Shown piece by piece: positions 37,226-49,774 of a stretch of 64,000 bases of DNA. Made by a program: the position numbers and the translations under genes. The notes beneath the pieces were generated by a model. The model was not told where the DNA came from. It did not search any database and saw only the letters and a program-made list of their open reading frames with translations. The stretch's first letter is position 1, and each line of letters begins with the position of its first letter. Source of the DNA: Mobula hypostoma (taxonomy: Eukaryota); assembly GCF_963921235.1 (NCBI RefSeq), contig NC_086109.1:19966001-20030000 (forward strand), read 5' to 3'.

Positions 37226-37539
37226 ACACACAAACAAAATTAGGTCATTCAGCCCATCAACTCTGCTCCATCATTCAATCTTGGCTGATTTATCTTCTCT
37301 CAATCCTTCTCCATATAACCCTTGACACGCTTACTTATCAAGAACCTATCAATCTCCACGTTGTATACTCCTTGGCCTCCACAGCCATCTGTAGTAATGA
37401 ATTCCAGATTCACTAAGCTCTGGCTAAAGAAATTCCTCATCTGTTCCAAAGAGACATCCAATTATTCTAAGCCTTTGCCCTCTGGTCCAATACTTTTCCC
37501 ACTATTAGGAACACTATTAGGCCTTTCAATATTTTAAAC

Positions 37540-39950
37540 ACTGCAGATGCTGGAAATACAAACTAACACAATCAAAATGCTGGAGGATCTAAGCAGGTCA
37601 GGCAGCATCTGTGGAAATGAACAAACAGTTGAAGTTTCAGGCCAAGACCTTAATCAGGAATGAAAAGGAAGTGGGAAGATGCCAGAATAAAAAGTTGGGG
37701 GGGGGGAGGGGAGGGTAAAGAGAAAAGGAGTCAAGCTGGAAGGTGATGGGGAAGCCAGAAGGGTGGGAAAGGTAAAGTGCTGGAGAAGAAAATTTGATAG
37801 AGAGGAGAGTGGACCACGAGAGAAAGGGAAGCAAGGGGGGCCTAGCAGGAGTAATGGGCAAGCAAGAAGAGGTAAAGGCCAGAGCAGGGAATAGAAGAAA
37901 AGGGGAGGGAGAGGGATTATTTTTATTGTAAGATATCAATATTTATGCAATCAGGTTTGGAGGCCACCCAGACAGAATGCAAGGTGCTGCTCCTCCACAC
38001 TGAAGATGGCCTCATCATGGCAGAAGAGGCCATGGACCGGCATTTTAGAACAGGAAGTGGAATTAAAATTAAAACATTTGGCCATTAGGAAGTTCTGCTT
38101 TTGGCAGATGAACCGGAGTGCTCGGTGAAGCGTTCCTCCAATTTACTACGGGTCTCACCAATGTAGAGGCGGCCACATCAGGAGCACCAGACACAATAGA
38201 CAACCCCAGCAGATTTGCAGGTGAAGTGTTGCCTCACATGTAAGAACTGTTTGGGGCCCTGAATTAAGGTGAGGAAGGATGTGAATAGGCAGGTGTAGCA
38301 CTTAGGCCACTTGCAGGGATAAGTGCTGGGAGGGTGATTAGTGGGGAGGAAGAATGGACAAGGAAAACGTGGAGGGAGCAATCCCTGCAGAGGGTGGCAA
38401 GTAAAGATGTGGTTAGTGGTAGGATCCCTTTGGAGATAGCAGAAACTGCAGAGGACAATGTGTTGGATGCAGAGGTTGATGGGGTGATAGATAAGGACAA
38501 AAGGAATTCTCATCACTGTTAAGACAGCAGGAAGATGGGGTGAACACAGATGTTTGGGAAATGGAAGAGATGTGGGGGAGGGAGGGAAACTCCATTCTTT
38601 GAAGGAACAGAAAGCCATGTCCTAGGAACAAATGTGGCAGACACAGAGGAATGAGAAAAGGGAATAGCATTTTTACAGGAGATGGGGTGGGAAGAGGTAT
38701 AGTCAAGATAACTGTGGGAAACAGTAGGCTTATAATAGATGTCGGTTGACAGTTCGTCTCCAGAGATGGAGACAGATTGAGAAAGGGGAGGGAGGTGTCA
38801 GAATTGGACCAAGTGAATTTAAGGGCAGTGTAGAAGTTGTAGGCAAAGTTAATGAAGTTTTCTTGCTCAGCATGGGTGCATAAAGCAGCACCAATGCAGT
38901 TGTCAGTATAGCAGATGAAGATTTGGGGAGAATAACTGGGGAAGGCTTCAGACATGGACTGTTTTACATAGCCAAAGAGGCAGGCATAGCTGGGCTCATG
39001 CGAGTACCCATGGCTATCCCTTGAGTTTAGAGAAAGTAGGAGAAGCCAAAGGAAAAATTGAGGGCAAGGACCAGTTCCGCCAGACAGGGGAGGGTGGTGG
39101 TGGAGGGGGGGGAATTGGTTGGCTCTTTGGTCAAGAAAGCAGCAGAGTGTTTTGAGGCCTTTTTGATGGGGGGGAGAGGGGCGGCAGTGGAAGCGTATAA
39201 GGAAAGTGAGGTGGTCAGGACCAGGGAATTGAAGGTTTGAGATCAAGGGCATGAGAAGTGCATCACATGAAGGTGGGAAGGGACTGACCAAGGGGGATAG
39301 ATTGGAATCAAGGCACAAGAACACGAGTTCAGTGGGGCAAAAGCAGGTAGACAATAGGCCTACCCAGTCAGTCTGGTTTGTGGATCTTGGGTAGGAGGCA
39401 GAAGCAAGCAGTGCAGTACAAGGGAACTATGAATTTGGTAGCAGTGGATGGAAGTTCTTCAGAGTTGATGAGGTCAGTGATGGCATTGGGAGAGTTTTCA
39501 GATGGTCTGGAGTGGGGTCCTCTTCAAGGAGTATGTATGAGGTGTCTCAGAGTTGCTGCCTGGCCTCAGCAAGTTAGAGGTCAGTGTGCCTCGTGACATC
39601 AGCAACCCATTTGTCTACGGGAATGGTGGCAAGGTTGTGATCGGTGTGGAGTGGTGGGCAGTGCGTTCAGAAGGGGTGTGGAATTCTTGACAAAAAAGAG
39701 GACTCGGAGATGGAGGTGACAGGAGAGCTCATCGTTGTGGACGCAGATCTCACTGAGGTGTGGGCAGAGGAAGACAAATTTGAGGCCCTTGTTGAGGACA
39801 GAGGGGAAGGTCAAAGGGAATGGTGAAGACAGCAAGGATGAGAGATAGGATCTTGGGGAAGGGAGGGGGGGAAGGTGGGGTGGTGGGAAGTTGGAGGGTC
39901 CAAGGACCAAGAGGTTGTTGTGAGGACTCCGAGGTTGGAGAAAGGGGAGC
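37540..39950 (-). mobile_element. Penelope-like element (decayed RT and GIY-YIG)
   Basis: PSYACLFGYV, YTDNCIG, FTWSNSDTSLPFL, IQGPKQFLHVRQHFTCKSAGVVYCVWCS; terminus ctgcagatgctggaaat at 37540. Confidence 0.85.
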
Positions 39951-39974
39951 TGATAGGTTTCAATGAGATATTCC

Positions 39975-42150
39975 CCCAACCCCCATTTTTCTGAACTCCA
40001 GCAAGTACAGGCCTGAGCCATCAAATGTACCTTATACATTAACTTTTTCATTCTTGTAAAACTCCTCTGGACTCTCCAATGCCAGCATATCCTTTCTCAG
40101 ATACGGAGACCAAAACTGCTCACAATACTCCAAGTGCGATCTGACCAATGCCTTACAAAGCCTCAGTATTAGATCCTTGCTTTTATATTCTAGTTCTCTC
40201 AAAATGAATGCTAACATTGCATGTCTACCTTACTACCAACTCAACCTGCAATTTTAAGGGAATCCTTCACCAGGACTTCCAAGTCACAGGGCGCCTAGGT
40301 AGCATAGTAGTTTGTGTGATGCTATTATAGCTCAGGGTGGATTTCAGAGTTCGATTCCCATGCCATCTGCAAGAAGTTTGTATGTCTTTCCCCCAGTCCA
40401 AATACTTACTGGTTAGCAGACTAATTAGTCACTGTAAATTGCTCTGTGATCAGGCTAGTGTTAATTAGATGAATTGCTGGGAGTTGCAGATTGCTGAGCC
40501 AGAACAGCCTGTTCCACACTGTCCCTCCAAATAAAGTCCCTAATTTCTGAATTCCCTCCCCATTTAGAAAACAATCTACAAAAATGCATGGTCATTATCT
40601 TCCCTGCACTGTCTTCCATCTGGCACTTATTTGCTGATTCTCCTAATCTGTCCAAGTCTTTCCACAAACTCGCTGATTTATCAATGCTATCTGCACTACC
40701 CATCTCTGTGTCATCCATAAACCTGGCCACAAAACCATCAATTCCGTCATCTGAATCATTAACATAGAACGTGAACGGTAGCAGATCCAAAACCGACCCA
40801 TACGGAACACCACTGGTCACTGTCAGCCGATCAGAAAAGGCTCCCTTTATTCCCATTCTTTGCCTTCTGCCAGTCAACCAATCTTGTTTAGTAGCCTGTG
40901 TGACACCTTGCCAAAGGCCTTCTGAAAACCCAGCTTAAAACATCTGACTCTTCTTTGTCTATCTTGACTTATTTCCTCAAAGAACTCCAACAGATTCATC
41001 AGGCAAGATATCCCCTTAAGGAAACCATATATACAATCTGGAAAACAAAACACTTTTGGTACACTGATATTACTGGTTAGTTTACCTTCATATTTCATCT
41101 TTTCTCTCCTTATGACTTTTTTTGTTGCCTTCTGTTGGTTTATAAAAGCTTCCCAATTCTTTAGCTTCCCCACCAATTTTATGCCCTGTTTTGCTTTAAT
41201 GCTCTGACTTCCCTTGCATCTTTTCTTTAGAATGTTCCTTCTCTGGGATACACTGATCTTGTGTCATCCAAATTACCATCAGAAACTTAACCATTACAAC
41301 TCTATTGTCATTCCTGCTAGTGTCCCTTTCTAATCAATGTCAGCCAGCTCCTCTCCCATACCTCTGTAATTGCCTTTAGTCCAGGTGTAATGCCAATACA
41401 TCTGATATTAGCTTCTCCCACTCAAACTACAGGGTGAATTCTATCATTATGTTTACTGCCTCCCAAGGATTCTTTACCTTAAGCTTCCGAATCAAATCTG
41501 ATTTACTACACAACAGTTCAGAATTGCCTCTCACCTAATGGGCTCAACCACAAGCTGCTTTAAAAAGCTATTTCATCGACAATCTATAAATTTCCTTTTG
41601 GAATTGAGCACTAACTTGACTTTCCCTACCTGCATATTGAAATCCCCACGTCTATTGTGTCATTGCCCTTTTCACATAACTTCTCTATATCTCATTGTAA
41701 TTTGTACCCCACATCCTGGCTACTGTTTGCAGACCTGTGTAACTCCATTCAGGGTCTTTTGACCCTTGCTGTTTCTTAGCTCAACCCACAATAATTCTAC
41801 ATCTTCTGATCCTATGTCATTTCATTCTAATCCTTTGTCATTTCATTCTAAGAATTTGATTTTTACCAACAGAGCCATCTCACCCCTTCTGCCCACCTGC
41901 CTGTCCTTTTGATACACATCCTTCAATGTTAAGCACTCAGCTCTAGATCTTCTTTCAACTGTGGCCCACATCATCAAGTTTGACTACCTTAATTTGTACA
42001 ATGTATGCATTCAAATAATGCTCTTAACCCTGTATTCACCAGACTTTTCAGTTTTGTCTCCATGATGCCGGAGGTTAAATTGTTATCCCTTTCTAAACTT
42101 TGACATTCTTTATTCTGGAGACTCCAGTAACTCTACTCCTTTTACTTTAT
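39975..42150 (-). mobile_element. Long decayed CR1 LINE, interrupted by a SINE at about 40290-40520
   Basis: LVRSHLEYCEQFWSPYLRKD, VTSGVPYGSVL, SCLMNLLEFFEE, FQKAFGKVSHR. Confidence 0.85.
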
Positions 42151-42366
42151 TCATTTTCTCAAGTTGTTGAATCCACCCCAGAATCAATTTGGTATCTTTG
42201 TTGCAGTTCCTCTACCACACAAGCTTTAGCTTATCTTAAAGCACTTTAGAACCACTACAAATGTTGCTGAAGTGAGGATATTTTAAATAACTTCAAATCC
42301 TTGGAACACAACAATACATTCTTCTCTCCATTCAAATGAAGAAGCACAAGATTAAATTTCATTTCA

Positions 42367-42383
42367 GTGGTGCCATCTTGTGG
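42367..42383 (-). promoter_or_regulatory. Candidate CTCF site downstream of RAP1A
   Basis: Minus strand CCACAAGATGGCACCAC resembles the CTCF consensus; motif match only. Confidence 0.35.
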
Positions 42384-43199
42384 GGAAGATTGAACCGTTT
42401 AAAACATTTGAAATTGGAAAAAGAATACTAAACAAAATACATAGTATTCAAATTCGTTTGAAAGTAAGATCAAAGGTTAGAATAAAGACTTTTGCATTTG
42501 GAAATTATCACCTGAAATTAGAACCCTAATAAAAAGCTCGAATAAGGACTGCTGGCTGGCGTGCACCACCCATGCCCAGTCAAAACCCTCCAATTTCAAA
42601 CAGAACCACAATTCAAAGGGTACATACAAGAACTTACACCTCCACATTCAATAGACTTTATTATCAAGGTTTTGAAATGATAGCAATATGGCACTTTGCG
42701 GCAGCTTGGGAATGAAGACCTATACAATTTAGAACATTCAAGGTTATAAAAAAAAACTGATAAGGGTTTCCTGCTTAGATGAGAAACCTAGAAGTAGTAT
42801 TTCCTCTCACACAGACCCCACCCAATTACAATTTTTTTCCTTAAGCATTTTCTGTTTACTTCAAATATTCCATGAGGTAGAAGGTAGTTTCACATCCTGA
42901 GCAATCATGGTTAAAACACGTCTTTATTGGATTGAGTACATTAAAATTAGACCCCTAACTTTGGCTGATCCGCAATGGAAACCATTTCTAATCAAATTTC
43001 TTTATAAAATTCACTATAAAGCTATCTTCCCAAAATTTTTCTGGAAGGCTCAACTTGTTCAGGTTTGAGCTAATTGTTAATAACCCAAATTCTCCAACTT
43101 TCATTTACTTAATCTACAAGATTGCAAACTTGCAAGACGTTATAAAAATATTGGTGAAATACATAAACATTTATAAGAGAATGGGAGAAAAAAAAAACA

Positions 43200-44822
43200 A
43201 ATTTTGAAACATCAACTTTATTAATGTCACTAGCGTACCTCTGAACCTCCCTTGACTATATAAAAAAAACCCAAAAGCTACCTCTGAACTTTTTAGCCTG
43301 ACTGGAAATAATTTGTGAACTCACTTATTAAAATGAATTCATTAGAGACACTATATAAATGAAAATGAGTTATTACATTCAACCAGGGTATCAGACCAAA
43401 ATGATAAATTTGATGCAAGCCAGAAAATTCAGGTTAGATTTTAAGCAGCATTCCAATATAAAGCTAGGGGCTAGAGATTTAGGGATGAATTCCAAAACTT
43501 GTAGACTTCGGTACTTGAAAACAGTTATCAATACCACAAAAACACGAGGCAGTATCCGAGAAGAGTAGAGATCCTAAAGGATCAGACTAGAACAGGCCAG
43601 GTTATTGCAGCCATGGTGGAAAGGCCTTGCTTGAAAATAATGTTAGATTTTAAAATTGAGATGGGTAGTAATGTGAGCCAGTTACTCAATGGAAGATTAG
43701 GCAGTACGAGAGGCTTGCAAAAATACACTTAAAAATAAATATAAGGCACTACATTGTGAAAGTAGCTCTCAAATTACTTCTGTGTTAGCAAAGTATCAGT
43801 ACTCCTACTCAGCAAGACAACTTAAGCTAAAAGAAAAACTACAGGAGCTTACTTGTCCCAGAAATCTTAACAGCAGGAATTTCACAGACCACTGAAGTTT
43901 TAATAGCATCACTAGTTCAAGAAATACCATGCATCAGCAACATGTAAAACTTCTGATCCATTTAGCATTTCATCCACTCAAGGATGTTTTTTGAACTCAT
44001 GCTAAGTTCAAAGCTTGCAGCTGAAAAGAGGCCTGGTATTGCGTGTTGCACAAGGGAAGGGAGGAACGTATAACAGTGTATGCAGCAGACTAATGCCAGA
44101 ATTTCCCAGAATGAAACATCCTGCCAAATCTGCAACACAACGCACTGGTTGAAATACTTTTTTAAACTTAGATTCAAAAGCAAACAAATGAGACCCAGGA
44201 AGCCAATTTAGAGTTGGTTTAGTATAATATATTTCAGCTTTAAAGAGACATAGAAATCAGCTTTCCACAGTTTTCCTATAAAAGACCCCATTTTCCAAAG
44301 CATTATGCACAAAACATTTTAATTAGAATACAATTGTATCGTGAAAGTAAGGTGATCCTGCAACATCCCAATATAAAATGGAGTCACAATGACCAAAAGT
44401 AGATGTTAACTGCTGGGATAAGTCCATCAAGGAACAATATGGACTAATAATGTCAAAAACCATCAATGAACTATTAGTGCTTGATAGGGAGAAGAGGTGC
44501 AATGATAAAGGCCAATATGTAATCAACTCTTAATTTCACTTGCAACATCTACAACATTGGAAATGTGTCCATGCTTTTTGTATAATCATACAACTAACTC
44601 ATCATTAAATCCACATTGGTTATAACCACTATGCAAAAAGGTGAAAATACTGTCTGTTCAAGCAATGCACATGGCAAATTTCAGGAACAGTATGTGCAAA
44701 CGGTCTTCTGGAGATCTTTTTAAATTGAAGATATAAAAACGGGTGAAGCCTCTTCAGATATGTTAATTTCTTTTGAAATTGGAAATGCTGGCACTTTCCA
44801 ATTAGGCAACAGTTCTTCATAC
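43200..44822 (-). other. RAP1A: RAP1A non-coding terminal exon (3'UTR)
   Basis: Acceptor tattttcag at 44823-44831, followed by repeat-free sequence (ATGAAGAACTGTTGCCTAATTGGAAAGTGCCAGCATT...) that resembles the mammalian RAP1A 3'UTR as I recall it. The 3' end is inferred from the polyA signal. Confidence 0.8.
43217..43222 (-). terminator. Polyadenylation signal AATAAA of RAP1A
   Basis: tttatt on the plus strand; about 20 nt downstream on the minus strand is a U/GU-rich tract (ttgtttttttttt). Confidence 0.65.
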
Positions 44823-45664
44823 CTGAAAATATATAGAATACAACAAGTCATGAAATCAAATCATACAAAAACTCTCATAATTGTTGCAAATGTACAATTG
44901 TATAAAAGGATAATGTTATACGATTTGTAAATACTAAAAGCAATAAATTCGTCTGGAATTTACCATCCTGAAACAGGTGTGAAAACAAGCTACTTTAAAA
45001 CAGGTCTTTGGCATCTAGTACATTAGAATTTTCCAAAAATATTAAACTTGCATGCACTGCCCAATAAAAGCAGCATTAAATTTCAGTCTATGATAGCAAC
45101 AGAATACTTACAACAATAATTATGAATTCAAGAAAAATGGGTTTGACAAAATAATTGAGGGATACAAGTGATATTTATGCAGAGCTTTTGAATTTGGAGA
45201 TTGAGCAGGTGGATTGCAATGGCTTCTTATGTACATTCCCATCCAAAGACTGATCAGTAAAGCTTAGTTATTCATCCAATGAATACATTGCCTTTGAGCA
45301 GGATAGTAAATTTAAAGCTATGGAAAATCAGTTTCAGGATACTAACCAGATAAACACACGTTTTACAGCAAATTAACACAAAATTTTCACAAAATTGGGA
45401 CATCAAGTTACTAAAACAGTCCTGTCTCATCAGATACCATTAAGTCAAACATCATAATCAGCAAACAACTGAGAATTAAAACTGCTAAATTGTACAGCAT
45501 TAAGTGAAAATATAAATTCAAAAACAATGGAAATACACTAAATAAAATTTATACTGCTAATCTTAAAGGTACAATTGGCTAGTATATCAATATTGTTAAC
45601 TAATGAAAGCTAATGCTAAATGAAACAATGGTAAGCTTGTGTAATAATGAATTACAGATCATAC

Positions 45665-45693
45665 CTGGCTCAGACCTGCTGCATAGCAGAAGT
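45665..45693 (-). other. RAP1A: RAP1A 3'UTR segment on the stop-codon exon, ending at a splice donor
   Basis: 29 nt after TAA ending ...GGTCTGAGCCAG|gtatga. Confidence 0.85.
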
Positions 45694-45780
45694 TTAAAGC
45701 AGCAGACATTGGGATTTCTTCTTTTTTGACTTTTCCACTGGCGCTTTCCTATTGATCTGTCTGACCAGGTCATAAAAGAT
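45694..45780 (-). CDS. RAP1A: RAP1A last coding exon, residues 157-184 plus stop (polybasic region and CAAX CLLL)
   Basis: IFYDLVRQINRKAPVEKSKKKKSQCLLL* after acceptor gtttctgtag. PVEK..K-rich..CLLL matches RAP1A rather than RAP1B (PVPG..CQLL). Exon lengths sum to 184 aa if the missing upstream part is 61 aa. Confidence 0.95.
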   Translation of the reverse strand: MFYDLVRQINRKAPVEKSKKKKSQCLLL

Positions 45781-45844
45781 CTACAGAAACAGAATGTTTT
45801 AGTTAGAGAGAGTGCACGACACACACACACACATTCATTAAAGT

Positions 45845-46920
45845 GGGACAGCTAGTAGAGGCACTCACATAGCACTCCAGAGCTTAAGCTCAACTTTAGG
45901 TGCTATCTATACAAAGTTTACAGTTTCCTTCTGTAACCATGTGGGTTTTGCAAAGGGGCTTCAGTCTCCTCCTTAATCCCACTGAAGTATGTGTCGGTAG
46001 GGACTGGCCACTGTAAATAAATTGCATCCATTGTGTACTGCAGGGGTCCCCAACCTTTTTCGCACCCAGACCTGTTTAATATTGACAATATTCTTGCGGA
46101 CCAGCCAACCGGGGGGGGGGGGGGTTGTTCCATTACAGTTAAATTCACCTCGACATGTCTTTTACAGTTAGGGTTGCCCACTTTCTCACTCCCAAATAAG
46201 AGATAAAAATAGCAGTCAAATACAGGACAGTGTTTACCCCGAGAAAGACTACCATGACCATGAAGCCTTGCACAGGCACCTGTGCATGCATGCGTGACGT
46301 ACGCATATGTGCCAATTTTTTTCCCCACAAATCGGTTTTGACTTAATCTTCCCAACTACAATGTACATACATTATTTCTACTTTTTATAGGTTGTGTATT
46401 TATCATATCATTCCTGCTTTTACTAATGTTAGTGTTACTTTAGGTTTTTGTGTTATTTGGTATGATTTGGTAGGTTATTTTTTGGGTCTGGGAACGCTCA
46501 AAAATTTTTCCCAAATAAATTAATGGTAATTGCTTATGCGCTTTATGCCATTTCGGCACGAAAGGTTTCACAGGAACGCTCTACCTTAGTGGGGGAAATA
46601 CGGGACAAGGGCAGTCCCATATGGGACAAACCAATTTAGCCCAATATACGGGACAGTTGGCAACCCTATGTTCAAGTTCAACAGTGCGTGACAGGGAATG
46701 AGGAAAGGTGCAGCTCACTCGTATTGTTTACTTGTGGCCCGGTAGCATATGCTTTGCAGCCCGGTGGTTGGGGACCGCTGGTGTAGTGGGTGGCAGAATT
46801 TAGAGAATGGCGAGAATGTGGGGGGGAGGGGGAGAAAATCGATTAATGTAAATTGGAGCTTGATGGTTGGCATGGACTCAGTGGGCTGAAGGGCCAGCTT
46901 CCCTACTGTACCTCTATGGC
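45845..46920 (+). mobile_element. tRNA-derived SINE split by a hAT element
   Basis: SINE core (ccatgtgggtttt..ggccactgtaaat) resumes after 46780 with CR1-like tail gtgggctgaagggcc. Confidence 0.55.
46041..46780. mobile_element. Non-autonomous hAT (Charlie-like) element with nested DNA-transposon pieces
   Basis: TIR caggggtccccaacc / ggttggggaccgctg; 8-bp TSD gtgtactg / gtgtagtg; inner tagggttgcc...ggcaacccta at 46169-46668. Confidence 0.8.
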
Positions 46921-47797
46921 AATACACAATGGTGGGTAATTTGAGAAGTGATTTGAGAGTGTTGCATCCTTCATCGTTATACAGACAAAATGAATCAAAT
47001 TAATTTATAGTAATTTAGTGAAATAATACCTTATGTTAAAAGTTACAAAGATTGTCAAAGTTAAGGCAAGTCAGAATCCTTCATAAGTTGCACCTTGCTC
47101 TAATGAGGGTGAATCTAGAGAACAGTGTTCATACAAATGAGAAACTGACAGGCATTAAAAGCAGTCACTGCTGTTATACTGCAAGGAAAAAAATCCCTGA
47201 AATCCATGGGGGGTGGGGGGGGTGAGAAACAGAGATTGAAGCATAATCATAATACCAAGAGGAATGGGAGAGGCTAGTTAAAACAAATTTTAAGTCATAA
47301 CTGGATAAATGAACAGTGTTCTTGCTGTGGCTCAAAGAGCCTCTATACACCAAATTATCTTAATGAATAAACGGTGGAACATAGCATCAAGAAACAAACA
47401 AGGAGGCAAATACTCAAGTCAATCTTGTCCAAGAATGGAAACTGCATGCCAAAAAGCATCAGAAGCCCTTCTCAATAACATCCATTTTATATTATACGTT
47501 CCCTTGCCAGGAGGAGAACAGCTGGACAGGTAGATCTCAAGTACATATGTGCATGGGCAAAAATAATTATACAAAATATATGTGCCTAGAATGCACTACT
47601 TTGGGCGGCAGTGGAGGGAAATACGATAGAAGCATTCAGGAAGTTCTCAGATTGTCATGTGACTAGAAGGAATAGATACTGTAGGCAGGAGGAATTAGTT
47701 TAGTTGGGCATTTTATTGCCAATTTAATTAGGTCAGCTCAACATTGTGGGCCAGAGGACCTGTTTCTGTACTAGTCAATAATATAATCCACAAGTTA

Positions 47798-48025
<228 letters not shown>

Positions 48026-48052
48026 TTAAAAATTCCCTGTCAAACTTTAATA

Positions 48053-49774
48053 TCATGGATTCTGGTTAATTGGGCCATTGGTTAATCTGGGCAGCCGCTT
48101 ATTTGGGAGAACTCTTAAAGAGCAACAACTAATCAAGAAAATTGCTGGGATTCTTTTTGTTTATTTGGGACACTATGCTGCTTAAGTGGGGGAGGAGACT
48201 TGTCAAACAGGTTCTAACTAGCGGCAGTTGTGCACGCTTGTGTGGCTGTTAGACTCTACAGTTGGCCTTCCTTATCCGTGAGTTCTGCACGTGCAAATTC
48301 AACCAACCGCGAATCGAGAAAACCCGGAAGTGCTCTTCCAGCACTTGCTGTTCGAGCATGTACAGACTTTTTTTTCTTGTCATTATTCCCTAAACAATGC
48401 AGTATAACAACTATTTTACATAGCATTTATACTGTATTAGGTATTATAAGCAATCTAGAGATGATTTAAAGTATACGGGAGGATGTGCGTAGGTTATCGT
48501 AGATCGGAATCGAAAGAAAACCGGAAGTTCTCTTACTAAGTAAGTCGGAACAGGCACATACGGTATTAATTAGCGTCAGTTAGTCAAACGTTTGTCTTAG
48601 GATGTAATATATATTTTACCTTTCTATGCATATAAAATACTTAAGAAACATATGTTTCAGTGCTGGGTTTGGGAACGGAAGTTCCCGAGTTCGATCCAGT
48701 GACAGATCGTTCCTGAGCTTGATCCAGTGACAGACCACTCCCGAGCGTGCTCTCCATCCCTGTCAGGTTGATGTGGAGGATCAAAAACCCAAAACCCCAA
48801 AACCCAATAATTAAACCACTGTGCTGCTTAGTAATAATTGTAGCTTTAATCGGGCAGGGCCTTTCTCATTTTATCCTTTAAAATTGTTCCGATCGTTGAC
48901 TGACTGTAGCCTAACACTTTTCCAATGACCGATGGCATTTCACCTCTTTCTGATCACTTTATTTTACATCATGATTGCGATTATTTTCGTGAACAGAAAC
49001 ACTGCAGATTCAGAGCTCCGCCGCCGGGTCCTAATGCCCACCGCACTAAGACAGGTTAAATAAGGTCCAGGGTTCCGCTGGGTCCTAAGGTCCACTGCAT
49101 TTAGACAGGGAATAAGGGACTTGAGCATCTGCGTTTTTTGGTATTCATGAGGGGTCCCGGAACCAATCCCTCGCGGATAAGGAGGGCCGACTGTACACTG
49201 TGCTTCGAGCAAAGTTTTAAAATAGCCTCAATTGCATGCGTTTGTGTTCAAAAAGTGATTTTTGTCACTGATAGTTGGTGAGAAATGAGCAGTAGACCAA
49301 TTCAGAACTGTTTTGCTCACTGCTGTTTCAAGCATTTAAGCTTGGAGATGCTAGGAACAACCAGGAGTGAAAATGAAACCATTTCACTACTTCAAGTTAG
49401 GAACTAAGAATTTGAAAGTATCAACAACCTTGAATGTTACAATGAAAATTATACTTTAAGGATGCAACCATTGTATGAAGGAAGTCCATATCTGCTCTAG
49501 GTATCTACACTGATTTTGTTCATTGGGTGCACTTGATGAATTTCATTGGGTGCACTGGATGAATTTCTCCATCAATATTAGGAACTAATATTTTTATAGT
49601 ACTATTGGTAGTGTTCTAAATCGTTCTGTAATTCATTTAAATGCATAATTTTGTTACTCAGTTTGTCTTTTTTTATACCTTAACTACACGTTTGTATTTC
49701 CATGAAACTTCAGCTAATTGGAGCAGCCCAAAATGTACCGGTCCCGATATGGCCCAGTCAACTAGAATTCCTTG
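48053..49774. mobile_element. Older Tigger/pogo-like non-autonomous DNA transposon
   Basis: Degenerate TIRs (ggattctggttaattgggcca / tggcccagtcaactagaattcc), TA-flanked. Confidence 0.55.
48259..49193. mobile_element. Tigger/pogo-like non-autonomous element nested in the older element
   Basis: 24-bp TIRs cagttggccttccttatccgtgag / ctcgcggataaggagggccgactg (3 mismatches), TA on both sides. Confidence 0.85.

Noticed and set aside
1..42000. Search for INKA2 or another neighbouring gene expected from mammalian synteny
   Set aside because: No matching peptide in the ORF track or by eye; small exons could have been missed.
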